The notes: a model not told the origin generated them from the letters alone. Counted from the stretch's first letter, positions 47,636 through 60,723 are shown. The stretch: DNA of 64,000 bases from Oikopleura dioica (GCA_907165135.1 OU015566.1:4278001-4342000), one strand, 5' to 3'. Made by a program: numbers and translations.

Positions 47636-48998
47636 ATGCCCAACTTTCCAGTATAGAATCAAGTCAATTTTAGTCCCTGAACTGAATGAAGATCAACTGG
47701 CTTCTTTAAAAGACAAAATCCAAGAAAGACTTGAAGTTCAATCTTGCGAAGATGGAATTCGCCGGGCTTGCATGTGCAAGTACCACAAGTACTCAGAAGA
47801 AGAAGAGATTTTGTTGGAACGAGAAACTGGCCAGACCAAGGTTGAGCTAGCCGCCTGCAGGTATGAAGAGAATCAATAGAGAAAGTTAAGGCTTTTTCAA
47901 TATCTGACTCAGATTTTTTACATGGGAAGTGTCTGGAACCGTATTAAAAAAAATTTTTTATCTCAGTATCGATCGCAAAAAAAATTAACAAAAAACCATA
48001 AGGCTCAACCAACCGCGCTGCTCGGACCTTTTTCTTTTGTGGGTGGAGATTGAATCTTAGATACCTTGCTCATTAGTATAGTCAGTTCTTTTGTAGCGAT
48101 CAAGGCAATTCTTTTTCTTAAAAAGTCAAAAATTAATTAATATCAACAAAAAAAGACTAAATTTCAGCCATGCTGTGTACACACCTGGAATCACGAACTC
48201 CGGAATCATCCTTCTCTGCGATCCAATGAACACCGAACTCATGGGTTCCCGATTAATGATGCAGCAACTCCAAGAAGCGGGCCACCACGTGATCAAACCC
48301 AATTTATTCCAGGTTCCCTCGCTTTTCCGATAAAATGAGTCAAAATTCGTTTATTTTCTTTAGTCGCCAGATTTGCATATAGATTTTATGAACGCGATCG
48401 CTTCGTATTTTGGCAGAAGCGAAGGAATCAAGAATATTCCAAAACCGGTGGATTTGAGTCGAAGATTTTTACTCAATCAAGGTTGCGCGACGATCTCTTT
48501 AATAGGAACGGGCTGGAACTTGTTTCGACCAAGGGAGCAATTCGCGACCGCTAATTATGTCGCAAATATTTACTTGGCCGAGAAATAGTTCTTTTTTAAG
48601 CCCGCGAAAGGAATCTGCTGGGGCGGCTGCCTCGTCCAGGAAATACTCGCCACTGACGACTCTTACGCAGGAAAGCGTGCGAAACTCATTTAACGTGAAT
48701 TTTAATCGCGGTGGAAGAAGAATTAATCAGCGCATTTTTTTCGAAGCGGTATTTCTTCCTAGTGCTTCTTAGAAATTTAAAAATTCAAGAAAATTTCATT
48801 TCGAATTCGGCCCCAAATTATAACGTCTTTTTTCCTGAAATCGACGAAATTAATCAACTTACGGAAGTTATCGTTTGGCAGCCGATAATGAGAAAGAATA
48901 ATACACGATGTTTAAGAACGCTGAAAAAGGCGGAATTTCGATTGATGGACTTTTCTACCAGAAGGATTTTGCAGCTCTTTCTCCGTCACTTTTTCTGA
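47636..48998 (+). CDS. Divergent dienelactone-hydrolase/CMBL-like alpha/beta hydrolase, multi-exon (start uncertain)
   Basis: AVYTPGITNSGIILLCDPMNTELMGSRLMMQQLQEAGHHVIKPNLFQ resembles AVIVIQDIFG...NTRYIADMISGNGYTTIVPDFF. QGCATISLIGTGW resembles HAQKIGIVGFCW. Confidence 0.4.
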
Positions 48999-50755
48999 TT
49001 GGGAATGACAAAATAAGGATCAGGTTTATTTTTTTTATGACAAAAAGGACCTGAATTTCGGCTTACATTGGGATGATAAGGGTCTAAACTTTTAATTAAC
49101 GGAGAAAAATAAGGGTGTCACTATGATAAGTTTCGAAAAATGTTTTCAGGCCAAAAGATCACTTTTTAACTGTTAGTGCCATCTTCACCGCCGCCTCAAA
49201 CAGAGTCGAACGGTATATGTATCTCTTGAAAATTCTAGAGTTTCGGGTACTTCCGGTCAAATTTACGAAATTCTAGTATTCCGCTGCCGTTTTTGATACA
49301 AAATCATCTATGTTATATTTTGGAAAAAAAAAGCTGCAGCCAAATGACCATTCTTGATATCTACCACCTTAAGTCAAAGCTTAACATAATCTTAAACCTG
49401 AAAAAGAACAGATCAGCATTTGATGATGAAAAACGTCATGTGGAATAATAATGTTTGTAAGTATTTACGAGCCCCAATTTATCCCATTTTAACGGAGTCC
49501 TTCTATTGAATGTTTGTGATTATTTTAAAGATAGATCGAATTTTTCGACTTTGAGAGTCTTATTTTCGTTCTTGAGAAACTTCTTTAAATAATTTCTCCA
49601 ATCTAAGAACCTCAATATTTTTCCTAAGATAGCGGAATTCCCGTTCCATTTTCAAATTCGCTTATTTTCGCACGTTTTCGCGATGTGGTTTTTTGATAAG
49701 CTTAGCATAATAACGTTTTCAATCGCCTCAATTTCGTTAGCCTTAAAATTCTCATGTTCAGACCCGTGGGAAGTGATCCTCCACGATTTCCCGCTGGTGC
49801 ATGGATGGTTCGCCAAGATCTTTGCCTGTCAGGAGCATGGGATGTCTGAAAACATCGAAGTCTGCACAAATCGACAGAAGGAATTTGCTAATATGTGCGC
49901 TCATGCTAAGGCGACGGCTAATGATGTAAGTATTTTGCGAAAAAAATCATCCTCATTAGTCGAAAGAGTTCAATTTTGAACACTTGAGTCCACGATAAAC
50001 CATCGAAAATCGTAAAAATGACGTAAAATTCGAGCGTTAAATCTGATAATCACTTCTAAAATGAGCCGTGCTTTTCTGGAGGATATAATTTTGGGCCTAA
50101 ATTTTGGCCGACACAAATTCAATTTTAATTTTTTTTTGAAAGCATGACGTCAGCAGCGAAAATGAGGGACTTCTTGAGTTATAATTTTTATCTTGAATTA
50201 AACCACCTATTCAGTATTTACAAAATATTTTAGTGTATGGGGAAAATTCTCGATTTTCTGGCCCAATTCGCCAATGAAGCTCCAGTTGTCTTTTCCGGAT
50301 CAAAATCTACAAGCGCGAGAACTCACAATTTCTCCCCAAATCGAATGAGCCCCAATTCTACTGGACTCAACTCTCCTTTCTCGAGCAACCTGTCTCAGGA
50401 TTCTTTCTAGACGACGTTTGGGAGGAAAACTGGTTGATGAAAACAAGCATAGATAGAAGCTATCTTTTTATTCATAATCAAAAAACTGACAATCGTTGTT
50501 TATTTACTTATTTTCTTTCTCTTTTATAAATAAATAATGAACGGATAATTAACGCGATTTCTAAATAAATGAAGAAGAATAGGAGAGTTTTTATCTCATG
50601 GCTATTTCATTTGAAGATATTCGACGCATTTCTCTCTTGCGCCCTCTGAGCGCTCATGATCGCGAGTCGCGCCATTCGCGTGGTATAAAAAGGAGCGATT
50701 GCGCTTCCAGAGCATCTCATTTTTCAGATAACGAAAAATATAAAACCAACTAAAA

Positions 50756-51275
50756 ATGAAACTTTTTGTTGCCACCTTCGCCCTCGCTTCCGCCTTCGAA
50801 GAAGGATCTGCTGCTTGGCGACAATGGAATGATCTTGAGGATCGACGAGCTGCTTTTGGACAGTAAGTATTCTCTATTTTACTTGAAAAAGTTACGAAAA
50901 GCAATCAAATTTTAAAACAAAAACTTATTTTTCCCTTTCAGAAAGCTAACTGAAATGGACATGGCCCGATTCGCCGACCGATTTGACGGCTTTGTCGCTA
51001 AGGGCGTCTCCAAAATCCCCCTCCACAAGACCGATGTCGAAGGCTGCGTCAACGTCTGGGGCATTGACACCGAAGAAAGCGACGATTTCAACCCTGAAAC
51101 CGCCACTGTCTGCGAGTACGCAAGAAAGATCGGTCGATCGTATTTGCGATGGACTCAGAAATTCTTGTGCTTGGACTCTTTTGACCGAAAAGGTGTCAGC
51201 ATCAAAAAGCGAATCACGAATCGATTCAACAGAGTTATTTCTTTCTCGAGAGCTCAGGATTTCTGCAACGAGTAA
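50756..51275 (+). CDS. Orphan secreted protein (~140 aa, 2 exons, four Cys)
   Basis: TATAAAA at ~50684, signal peptide MKLFVATFALASA, GT-AG intron 50863-50941 joining in frame to the ORF ending at 51275. Confidence 0.7.
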
Positions 51276-51910
51276 TTTTAACTGTATTATCACTAACTGC
51301 ACATTGATTTATCTGAATAAAAGAATACAAAAAAATAATGAATTTTCGATTAAACAAATTTAAAAATGACTTTTGTTACCTAAGTTTTCAGATGAAAGTT
51401 TCAAAAAAGAAATGAGAGAGCAACAACTTTCAACAAAATTTTGCATCTATTTCGAATAGTAGGGGCTAAGGCACACGAAAACCTGAGTCAGGGCGCTAAA
51501 TAAATCAACATGCAAAGAAGCTGAATTTTAAAATTCCGCCTGTCTTAAGACGATCAAAAAGGATGAATCTTTTTCACACTCAAAAATTTCACCAAAAATA
51601 TTGATTTTTTTTTTTTGAAAATTATCTCCGGGAAAAAAAATTCAACAAAAAATAAAGTTTTTAGGAACCGTAAAATTTTCTAAAATTTTAAGAGGCCGAA
51701 GTGATTTTTCAAAGTATGTGTGAGTCCGTTTGGTAATCGTCGATAGTTAGTTAATTCGCCACTAAATGTAAATATATTTATTATTCTTTTGATGCAACTC
51801 GTACGACCTTTGAGCAACTTACAGTGAAAAAGAGTCTTTTGTAAAATTTGATAGATGAAAAATTTTTCGTTCGTAACTTATATTTTGCTCAAAAAAGAAA
51901 AGAGAGGGAG

Positions 51911-54144
51911 TCAGTCAGGAGCAACAACTTTCAATAAAATCTGCATCTTTTTCGTCAACAAAGCAACAATTTTAAAATTCTTTGATTTTCGCAGAATCAC
52001 AAACAGCCCAACTCCAAATGCAATCCAGCAGACAACGAAGAGATAACCCAAGTCCAAGCTTTCACCAGTTTGCAAAATGTTGATAAAGGGGGCGAGAACC
52101 AAATATGAGCCAATGAGAGCGATGATGGCAGGGATGAAGAGGGGCACGGCGAATGAGCGACCGACTTTGTCGATCGGATGGGTTTTGCGGAAAATAAAAA
52201 TCGCGAAACAAGTCTAAAATTCTTCTTTCTTGAGTTAGATTTCGAGGTTTACCGAGGTATGAAAAATCCACATGCAAAAGCTAAAATAATTGATGAGCGA
52301 GTTGATATCTCCAGACAACAAAAGAAGAGACGCGAGAATTCCATTCAACATAACAGCAGGCGCAGGAGTCAGAAAATCAATGTGAATCATCGACAGAAAA
52401 ACAGGCATTTGCCCTTCGCGCGCGGCGGAATAGGGGATTCTAGCGGCGGTCATTCCCTTAACCACATTTTGTTTTTGAGAAAAAATAAGGGTGTACCTGA
52501 ACAAGAGCAGCACCGAGGCAGGAACAAGCAACCATAATTGGAACAATAAAACTAAAAAATTTTTTTCAAGAAATTTTTTTAAGGACCCCCTCCCCCGTCA
52601 GTTTTTTTCGAAAAATCAAATTTCGCATTTTTTAAATTTTGACCCCGGAAATGAATTCTACGGGTCAAAAAACGATTTGAGGCTTAATTTTTTGGGGGTC
52701 TATCTGAGATAGACTATCTCGACTCTAACACCCTTAAAATCGCAATTTAAAATTGAAGTTTTCGCCGAAAATTGACGAATTTGCCCGAATTTTTGCAAAA
52801 AAATGATTTTTCTAGGTCAAAAATTCCTGTATTTATCGATGGAAAAAGCTGACGGGGGGGTCCTTAAAGGAAATCTCTTCGTTGATTTCAACTGACCCGA
52901 TTTGCGGAAAAATCTGCTGCGCATAACTGGTCGCCACAGCCGGCGAAGTCAAAATATTCTCCACTCCCAAGATCGAAATATACATAAAATTGATCAACAA
53001 GTAAAACCCAGTAATAGAACACAAACTGATCACAATCGCTTTCAACAAATTCGTCTCCGGCTGCTTGATTTCTTCCACAACATAATTGAGTTGATTCCAC
53101 CCGTCGTACGACCAGAGCCCGTGGTAGAGTCCAAGGCCGATGTGTGATATTTCCGGAAAAGCGGACTCGCCGTTTTTGTAAAAAGCCCTGTGCGCTTGCC
53201 AAATTGATAAATCGCCTTTGCCAATAATTAGCCCATAAAAACCGAGAAGGATGATCACGACGAGAGAGGCGATTTTGATGTAGCCAAAGGTCTTTGTGAG
53301 CCTTTTTTTGGTTGAATAATAAACATCAAAATTAACAATGCATGAAAATGGAGCTCTAGAAACTTTGAGCTAATAAAAGAGTCATAATAAAAAGAAAAAT
53401 AATTTAAGTAAAGCTTAATTATCCAGTATTTTGATGAATATTTTCTCGAACAATTAGTTGAATCTACAATGAAAACTGCTCCAACAAAAGCGGAATTTTC
53501 ATCCCATTTCCTTTGAGTAATATTCATCGAATACACATTTATCCCACAAACCGCCCAAATCGCAGCACAAGCCAATAATTTCTGCGAGACAACACTCTCA
53601 TCACCACAATCGTTTTCAAAATGCTAAATGCATACTGCGCAAAGGCCGAAGTAAAAATCGCCAGCGAAGCAGGTCTGATGATCGTTGTGCAGGTCCAGGC
53701 GAATGTGAAGCCACAGATTGGTCCGTAAGCTTCGAAAATGACTGGATACTCGCCGCCAGACTTTGGAATCAGGGCTCCGACTTCGGCGTAGCAGAGGGCT
53801 CCCATGGAGGCGACGAGGCCGGAGAGGATCCAGAGAATAACTGCATAGCCGCTCGTTCCTGCATGCTCCAGAATTCCTTCAAAAAAAAAAATTTTAAGGG
53901 TGTCAACATCGATTTTGCCAATTTTTTTGAAATTTTTGGAACAAGTTTCAATCGATGTTGATACCCTTAACAAAATTAAAAATTCGAATATTTTTTTTGA
54001 AAATTACGTAATGATGTCTACCAGACATTTCTGAATCAAACCTTTTGGTGAAATATAAATTCCGCTACCCACAATCGCTCCGACAATGATCATCACCGCG
54101 GATGTTAGATCTACATGTCTCTGAAGCTGTATCTTCCCAGACAT
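51911..54144 (-). CDS. SLC7 L-type amino acid transporter light chain (LAT/b0,+AT family); start may lie upstream at 54367
   Basis: AVMIIVGAIVGSGIYISPKG, GALCYAEVGALIPKSGGEY, GLWSYDGWNQLNYVVEEIKQP, SAAREGQMP and PAPAVM are all SLC7 motifs. Confidence 0.9.
52579..52867. mobile_element. TTAAGGACCCC...GGGGTCCTTAA MITE (~290 bp) in an SLC7 intron
   Basis: Short TIRs. The internal sequence is shared with the copy at 56919-57205. Confidence 0.75.
53894..53970. mobile_element. TTAAGGGTG palindromic MITE (77 bp) in an SLC7 intron
   Basis: ttaagggtgtcaacatcgat pairs with atcgatgttgatacccttaa. Confidence 0.75.
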
Positions 54145-54675
54145 CTTTTCTATTTTCGTTTTGTTTCAGACGACCAGAAAATGATTGAGACGCTCCTCTT
54201 CTTGCAAAACAGAAAAAGATAAAACTGAAGCGAAGCGAGCTTGATTCTGGTTTAAACTGGGACTCGGGCAAAACAAGTTTTTGCTTTTGCAGACTTCTAT
54301 TCTTCCACTCTCTCTTTCTTAATTTCTCATTTCTTTCTGATCTCGAGTTTTGGCGATCTTTGATCATGCGGCGAGGCGCATTGTTTAAGGGTGTAGCAGA
54401 AAGTCCGACGGGTGTATTTTGGCAGAATCACAAGACGCCAACCTTTGCAAATTTATCACCTAGAAAGACGAGGGCCAACTCCCTAAGGGCTTCAACCGTT
54501 TGGTCCTTAAATCCCTTCACGAATTAATAATTCACCAAAAGTCGCCAATGGAGAAAGTTTGAGGAGAGTGCGAGTTACGTAACTTGCACTGAAATGTCTC
54601 GATTGAGGATAATGGGCAAATTTAACTTGAGCGGCAGTTGTTTCCGCTCTATGAAATTCAAAAAGCTGGTTGAAA

Positions 54676-54840
54676 AAAACCTGAGTCAGGGTCTTTAAGA
54701 TCTTCGATGAGAAGCCGCGGAGCGGCTTTTTAGAAATAAAGCCGCGAAGCGGCTTCTCAAAATCACAGCTCAATCTTTGAACCCTGACTCAGGTTTTTCT
54801 ACACAGGTTTTTTACACAGGGTTTTTACACAGGTTTTTGA
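54676..54840. repeat. Inverted repeat AAAAACCTGAGTCAGGGT enclosing AAGCCGCG motifs, followed by a (TACACAGGTTTT)n tract
   Basis: aaaaacctgagtcagggt pairs with accctgactcaggttttt. A partial copy lies near 51478. Confidence 0.6.
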
Positions 54841-56918
54841 CCACATTTTTTTCAGACACAAATTTCAAGAAAGGTAGAAAAATGGTGAAACAGCTCAAAA
54901 ACCTTATTGAACCAAAACTCATTTCGGGTTGTAAACCCATTTTGAAAGTGACCACTTTTGGTTAAACCTTTGCTCACACCTAGTTTTTGCGGATTACGGA
55001 GAAAAATGCAAAAATCAACCCTCTTTTTAAATTTCATCAAGAAGATCAAGAACTCCATCAGAAATGACAACTACTGCTCAATGAGAAGGATGCCACTTTG
55101 CGCCAATTATGAAACGAAAATATTTAAAATCAAAAGTTTGATTTTCGCAAGTTGGTTCTTGATTTATCGCCGGCGAAATCTTTAGAAGGACACACGTTCC
55201 TTCCTTTCTTTGACAGCAACATCAATCTTTTAAAGTAGAATTAAATTTCATAATAGTTTTACGTTGAAATTTGAAAAAGATATTTGAAAAAAACCAAATC
55301 TTTTCTAAACCAATCAATTTTAGTGCATTTTCGACCAACCAATAAGATTGATGTATTTGGCCTACCGGCCAATCAAAATCCTGATCCATAAAATCACTTC
55401 CATAAATTGATTTTACCCTAAAATGTGGGCAGAACCAAAAAAAAAATGGAAATGATCTTACAGACCAAGGTTTTGATTGGTCGGTAGGGCAAATACAGCA
55501 TTCTTATTGGTTATTAAAATACACTTCCATATTTTGGTTAAATCCTTAAATTTGGTGATATTGAAGAAGAGAAAAATTTTGGAAAAATAAGCTAGAATTT
55601 TCGACTCGAAATTACCAATCGTTGGCCAGACAATTCAACGGGGGCTAGAATAATCTTTGAATTTTCCAAGTTTATTTCAAGCGGCCCTCTAAATAGCCGA
55701 ATAAGCGGAAAAGAAATCGCCCAAAATAAAAACTGAGAAGAAGAGGCGCGTATTAATTCCTGATAAACGCAACCTCTCATGGTCATTCTGCGAGCCCAAG
55801 ATAATTTCGCCACAGCTTTCTATCAGCACGTTATGAAACACTCGCCGCGCCACTCAAATTCCAAAATTAAGATAAAATCGTCGCTTCGCCGAAGATGCAG
55901 GAAATTAAGGAGCGCGCGAATTCCGCCGCAGCACTTTCTAGAGCAGGTTTCGCAAATTTAAAATATGCTGATTTTTAAATTACGAGATAAAAACCTGTCT
56001 AAAATCGCAAAAAACAGCACGACATAGAAATTGATCATTGAAAAATAAAATCAAAATTGGCCAATCAAAAACCTGCATTCGATCCACTAGCCAATCAGCT
56101 ACGAAATTGGTTTCAAAGCGATTTAGGCGCTGATTGGCTCGCGGATCGAATGTGGAATTATGATTGAACAAAATTTTTATGAATTGAAGCCTGTTTTCAA
56201 AATAAGGGAGTTACTTCCTTAAAATTAAAAAAATATTACATAAAAATTTCTTTTCTTTATTTTAAGACAGCAGTTTTTAAATCTTTTGGATAAAAAATTA
56301 AAATTTTAAGAATGCGTGTCTTAAAGTAGCTTACCCCCTTAATCCACCCGTGCAGCCCTTTCACCTTTAGTCGCCCCATTTTGGCATTTAGATCTGTTAT
56401 TACGAGACTAAAAAATAGACTTGCACGAATTTCGGAAAGCCGCAAAAATGCAAGTCCAAAGATAAAAGCAAAAAACCAACGTGTTTTATGGTTTTGTTTA
56501 TCCTCATAAAAATGCGTTCGAAGAATTCAGACACGAGTAAATTAGACGCTTCATTTTAAAAACCATTCTCGATCTTCTAAAAAGCGAATCGCAACAGGAA
56601 ATTGTTTCGTTTTAAAAAATGTCCTTTTATTGAATTTTCGACTGTCAAAAAGATGATCGCGTAAGGATTGTTTTCCGCCGGAATTGTCTTTTTCCAACTT
56701 GTCTTTTTGCATAAATACAAACAATTTTGTTCCGAATCGTGTTGAAAGATTAACATTTGGAAGGTAAGTAACTTTATTTTGGGAGAAGAAAAAGACTGTT
56801 ATTTCTGACATATTTTTATTGACCCAATTTGAAACTCTTTCAATTGTTTTTGAAAATAATAAATAAAGTCATGAAAATCGAAGGTCGTACCCTTAAGTCT
56901 TATTTCTTTCATCCTTAT

Positions 56919-57205
56919 TTAAGGACCCCCGTCAGATTTTTCGAAAAATCAAATTTCGAAATTTTGACCTCGAAAATGGATTCTACGGGTCAATAAACGA
57001 CTCTTTCACCCCCAAAATCACATTTGAAAATTAGACTCTTCGCGGAAAATTGACGAATTTGCCCGAATTTTGGCATAAATATTGATTTTTCTTGGTTTAA
57101 AATTCTTTTTATCAAGTTTTAGATGCAAATTTAACCTAAGAACGCATTAAGAACCAAAAATATGGTGTTTTAAAAAATTTTCATTTTCGGGGGGGAGGTC
57201 CTTAA
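56919..57205. mobile_element. Second copy of the ~290-bp TTAAGGACCCC MITE
   Basis: Same termini and internal motifs (attctacgggtcaa; aaaattgacgaatttgcccgaattt) as 52579-52867. Confidence 0.75.
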
Positions 57206-57505
57206 AATTATTTTTCCATCGAATTTCGTTTTTTCTTTTCCCCTCGAAAAGAGAATCTCATCAGCCCCTCCCGACGATTTTCCCGGATTGTCCTTATTTA
57301 CTAAAACGTGCCTCTAACCCTAAAGCCTGTAACAGCTCGCTTCTTTCGAAAAATGAACGGAGCCGCTAAGCTACGGTTTCGAGGAGCGTTGTTGACGCAA
57401 GGAACACAAAAGAGAGACGTCAGATAATTATCAGCCTTAAAGTTTCTCTTATAGTTCTTATCCGGACGCGTCAATTGGCGGGTTCCGGCGCAGTTACGTA
57501 CCCGT

Positions 57506-58119
57506 TCATTTCGAGGCCCTTAACTGGGGTCCTGAATTTACAAGTGTTGGTGAAATACAGAAAAAGTTGAACGTCTCTTTTGAAAAAACCGTTGATAAGG
57601 AAAACGTTCCAGTAGGAATTCGCGCATAAGCAAAAGCCGCGTCATATCCGCTAGGCTTTTCTGAAATCCACTTTTGCCAATTCTCCCATGGTTTCTCCCA
57701 CTCCAAAAGCTCATTTCGGTTTTGAAATAAGCCTTCCTGTCTGAGTTTTAAATATTCACCACAACCATTCTTTTCGATTTCCCTTCGAAGTTCAAAATTT
57801 TCCGTTTTACAATTTTTGGTTATTAGCAAAAATGAAACCGCAAACAAATAACTCGCTGACCCTTGAGGTGTTAGTTCGGCTGTGTCTATTTGGAGCTCAC
57901 GTGGCTCACATTGGCAATTACCGTTGTTCTTTGCTGATAGGATGTTGTCACGCATTTCCGAAAAATACAAGAAAAATGAGGAAACAAGGGACCCCCGGAT
58001 CTGATTCTTCCGGAATTATGTAAGCATCTTTTTAATAATAAAGCTTGGCTTGTGTATTGAAAAAGAAGCATAAATAGCCAAATGAATAATAAAAGGTTTG
58101 AGTGATAACGATAGGGCAA
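57506..58119 (-). CDS. Possible small secreted/membrane protein (orphan, two adjoining ORFs)
   Basis: Hydrophobic N-terminus (LLLFIWLFMLLF) and an adjoining 154-aa ORF. No family recognised. Confidence 0.3.
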
Positions 58120-58175
58120 GATTTGCTCAGGGTTAGGGTTGGGGTTGATTTAATTTTAAATTATAATTTATGTTA

Positions 58176-58266
58176 CAGTCAGGTCTTGCAATTACGCGGT
58201 TTTTATTTTCGGGATTTTTGCCAAAAACCACGCAATTGCAGGTCGCGCAACTGCAAGACCTGACTG
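58176..58266. mobile_element. Tc1/mariner-like MITE (91 bp) flanked by TA
   Basis: TA|CAGTCAGGTCTTGCA ... TGCAAGACCTGACTG|TA. Confidence 0.7.
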
Positions 58267-58507
58267 TATAGACTAAAGTTTAGTCACTTAACAGTATAGT
58301 CTTTTATAAAAATCAGCTTATTTTAGTTTTAAAAATGGCACATTACGGGTGATCTGACCAGATTTTTTTCAAATTTTCTAGTATATCTTTTATTGAAAAA
58401 TCATAAAATATGAATTTACCTAAGTAATTAATGTTTTTAACATGGCAACTTTTCGATACAATAATTAAAGCTCCACTTTCGTTGCCCTTTCTAAACTGAG
58501 TAATACT

Positions 58508-60423
58508 TAGGGTAAATCACTAATAATTCGCCTTTTTCTGGGCTTAGTAAGGGGTCATATAATACATTTTTAGAAAGCCCAGGACCTGGGGATCATTTTG
58601 ACTATTGATACCAGGGGTGATCTCGTACCCTGAGGGCATTAAGGTACCTCCGAAGTCAGAAAATCTGGCCACTTTCGGAAATTCGAATTTTCGGCCGCCC
58701 AGACCGCCTTTTAGAAGCAACGGCAATGCTAGAATTGTAGCTCAGGCTCTGACGGTCATTTTGGGGTGTCAAAAGTACTGATTACCCCCTTCCTGAGGCG
58801 CTAGAGACCCCGAAGTTGGGAAAGTTGACCGAAAACAGGTACTTTTCTTCAAAAATACCCATTTTCCTCATTTATGCTTCCAAAATGCTTGTGATAAGTT
58901 GTTTTCTACATTTTGAGGCAGAAGACACAGGTTGGGGTCACCGAGGTCATTTTGGGTCACAAATTCAAATTTTAAGCATATTTCATAATCTTTAGGGTAA
59001 ATCACTAATAATTCGCCTTTTTCTGGGCTTAGTAAGGGGTCATATAATACATTTTTAGAAAGCCCAGGACCTGGGGATCATTTTGACTATTGATACCAGG
59101 GGTGATCTCGTACCCTGAGGGCATTAAGGTACCTCCGAAGTCAGAAAATCTGGCCACTTTCGGAAATTCGAATTTTCGGCCGCCCAGACCGCCTTTTAGA
59201 AGCAACGGCAATGCTAGAATTGTAGCTCAGGCTCTGACGGTCATTTTGGGGTGTCAAAAGTACTGATTACCCCCTTCCTGAGGCGCTAGAGACCCCCGAA
59301 GTTGGGAAAGTTGACCGAAAACAGGTACTTTTCTTCAAAAAATACCCATTTTTCCTCATTTATGCTTCCAAAATGCTTGTGATAAGTTGTTTTCTACATT
59401 TTGAGGCAGAAGACACAGTTTGGGGTCACCTGAGGTCATTTGAGGTCAAGATTATGAAATATGCTTAAAATTTGAATTTGTGACCCAAAATGACCTCGGG
59501 TGACCCCAACCTGTGTCTTCTGCCTCAAAATGTAGAAAACAACTTATCACAAGCATTTGGAAGCATAAATGAGGAAAATGGGTATTTTTTGAAGAAAAGT
59601 ACCTGTTTTCGGTCAACTTTCCCAACTTCGGGGGTCTCTAGCGCCTCAGGAAGGGGGTAATCAGTACTTTTTGACACCCCAAAATGACCGTCAGAGCCTG
59701 AGCTACAATTCTAGCATTGCCGTTGCTTCTAAAAGGCGGTCTGGGCGGCCGAAAATTCGAATTTCCGAAAGTGGCCAGATTTTCTGACTTCGGAGGTACC
59801 TTAATGCCCTCAGGGTACGAGATCACCCCTGGTATCAATAGTCAAAATGATCCCCAGGTCCTGGGCTTTCTAAAAATGTATTATATGACCCCTTACTAAG
59901 CCCAGAAAAAGGCGAATTATTAGTGATTTACCCTAAAGATTATGAAATATGCTTAAAATTTGAATTTGTGACCCAAAATGACCTCGGGTGACCCCAACCT
60001 GTGTCTTCTGCCTCAAAATGTAGAAAACAACTTATCACAAGCATTTTGGAAGCATAAATGAGGAAAATGGGTATTTTTGAAGAAAAGTACCTGTTTTCGG
60101 TCAACTTTCCCAACTTCGGGGTCTCTAGCGCCTCAGGAAGGGGGGTAATCAGTACTTTTGACACCCCAAAATGACCGTCAGAGCCTGAGCTACAATTCTA
60201 GCATTGCCGTTGCTTCTAAAAGGCGGTCTGGGCGGCCGAAAATTCGAATTTCCGAAAGTGGCCAGATTTTCTGACTTCGGAGGTACCTTAATGCCCTCAG
60301 GGTACGAGATCACCCCTGGTATCAATAGTCAAAATGATCCTCAGGTCCTGGGCTTTCTAAAAATGTATTATACGTCCCCCTTACTAAGCCCAGTAAAAGG
60401 CGAATTATTAGTGATTTACCCTA
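58508..60423. mobile_element. 1916-bp palindromic hAT-like element made of four ~485-bp terminal units (two per arm), 8-bp TSD GTAATACT
   Basis: TAGGG...CCCTA termini. GTAATACT at 58500-58507 and 60424-60431. Units start at 58508 and 58993, with inverted units ending at 59935 and 60423. Centre is near 59445. Confidence 0.92.
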
Positions 60424-60723
60424 GTAATACTTTTCTATTACTTCAAGTAATATATCAAGCAATAAATCAATGAACGATGTATCTTGTCCTAATTTACTTG
60501 AAAGTAAAGGTGTTTCAGCCCGCATTATTGTGTCTCTCTGAAAAACAGAATTTAACCAAATCTTTTGAGAAAAATCGTGCCCTTTACGGCTATTTCCTCG
60601 GGACTTGTGCGCCTCACAAGATCTGGACATATCCGCAAAGCTGGCTAATTATCCTCGAAAGTTTATTTAATCGACACGAACTCGGCGACGAGTAAATCCA
60701 TTCAGCTCTGGTCTACGTGGAAC

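Noticed and set aside
58993-59935. Inner half of the palindrome as a nested insertion of the same element
   Set aside because: Its flanks (ATAATCTT / AAGATTAT) are inverted copies, not a direct TSD.
58544-60473. Four copies of a 60-aa ORF MPLLLKGGLGGRKFEF...
   Set aside because: They are the same stretch of the repeated 485-bp unit and show no protein motif, so the recurrence reflects DNA repetition rather than coding.
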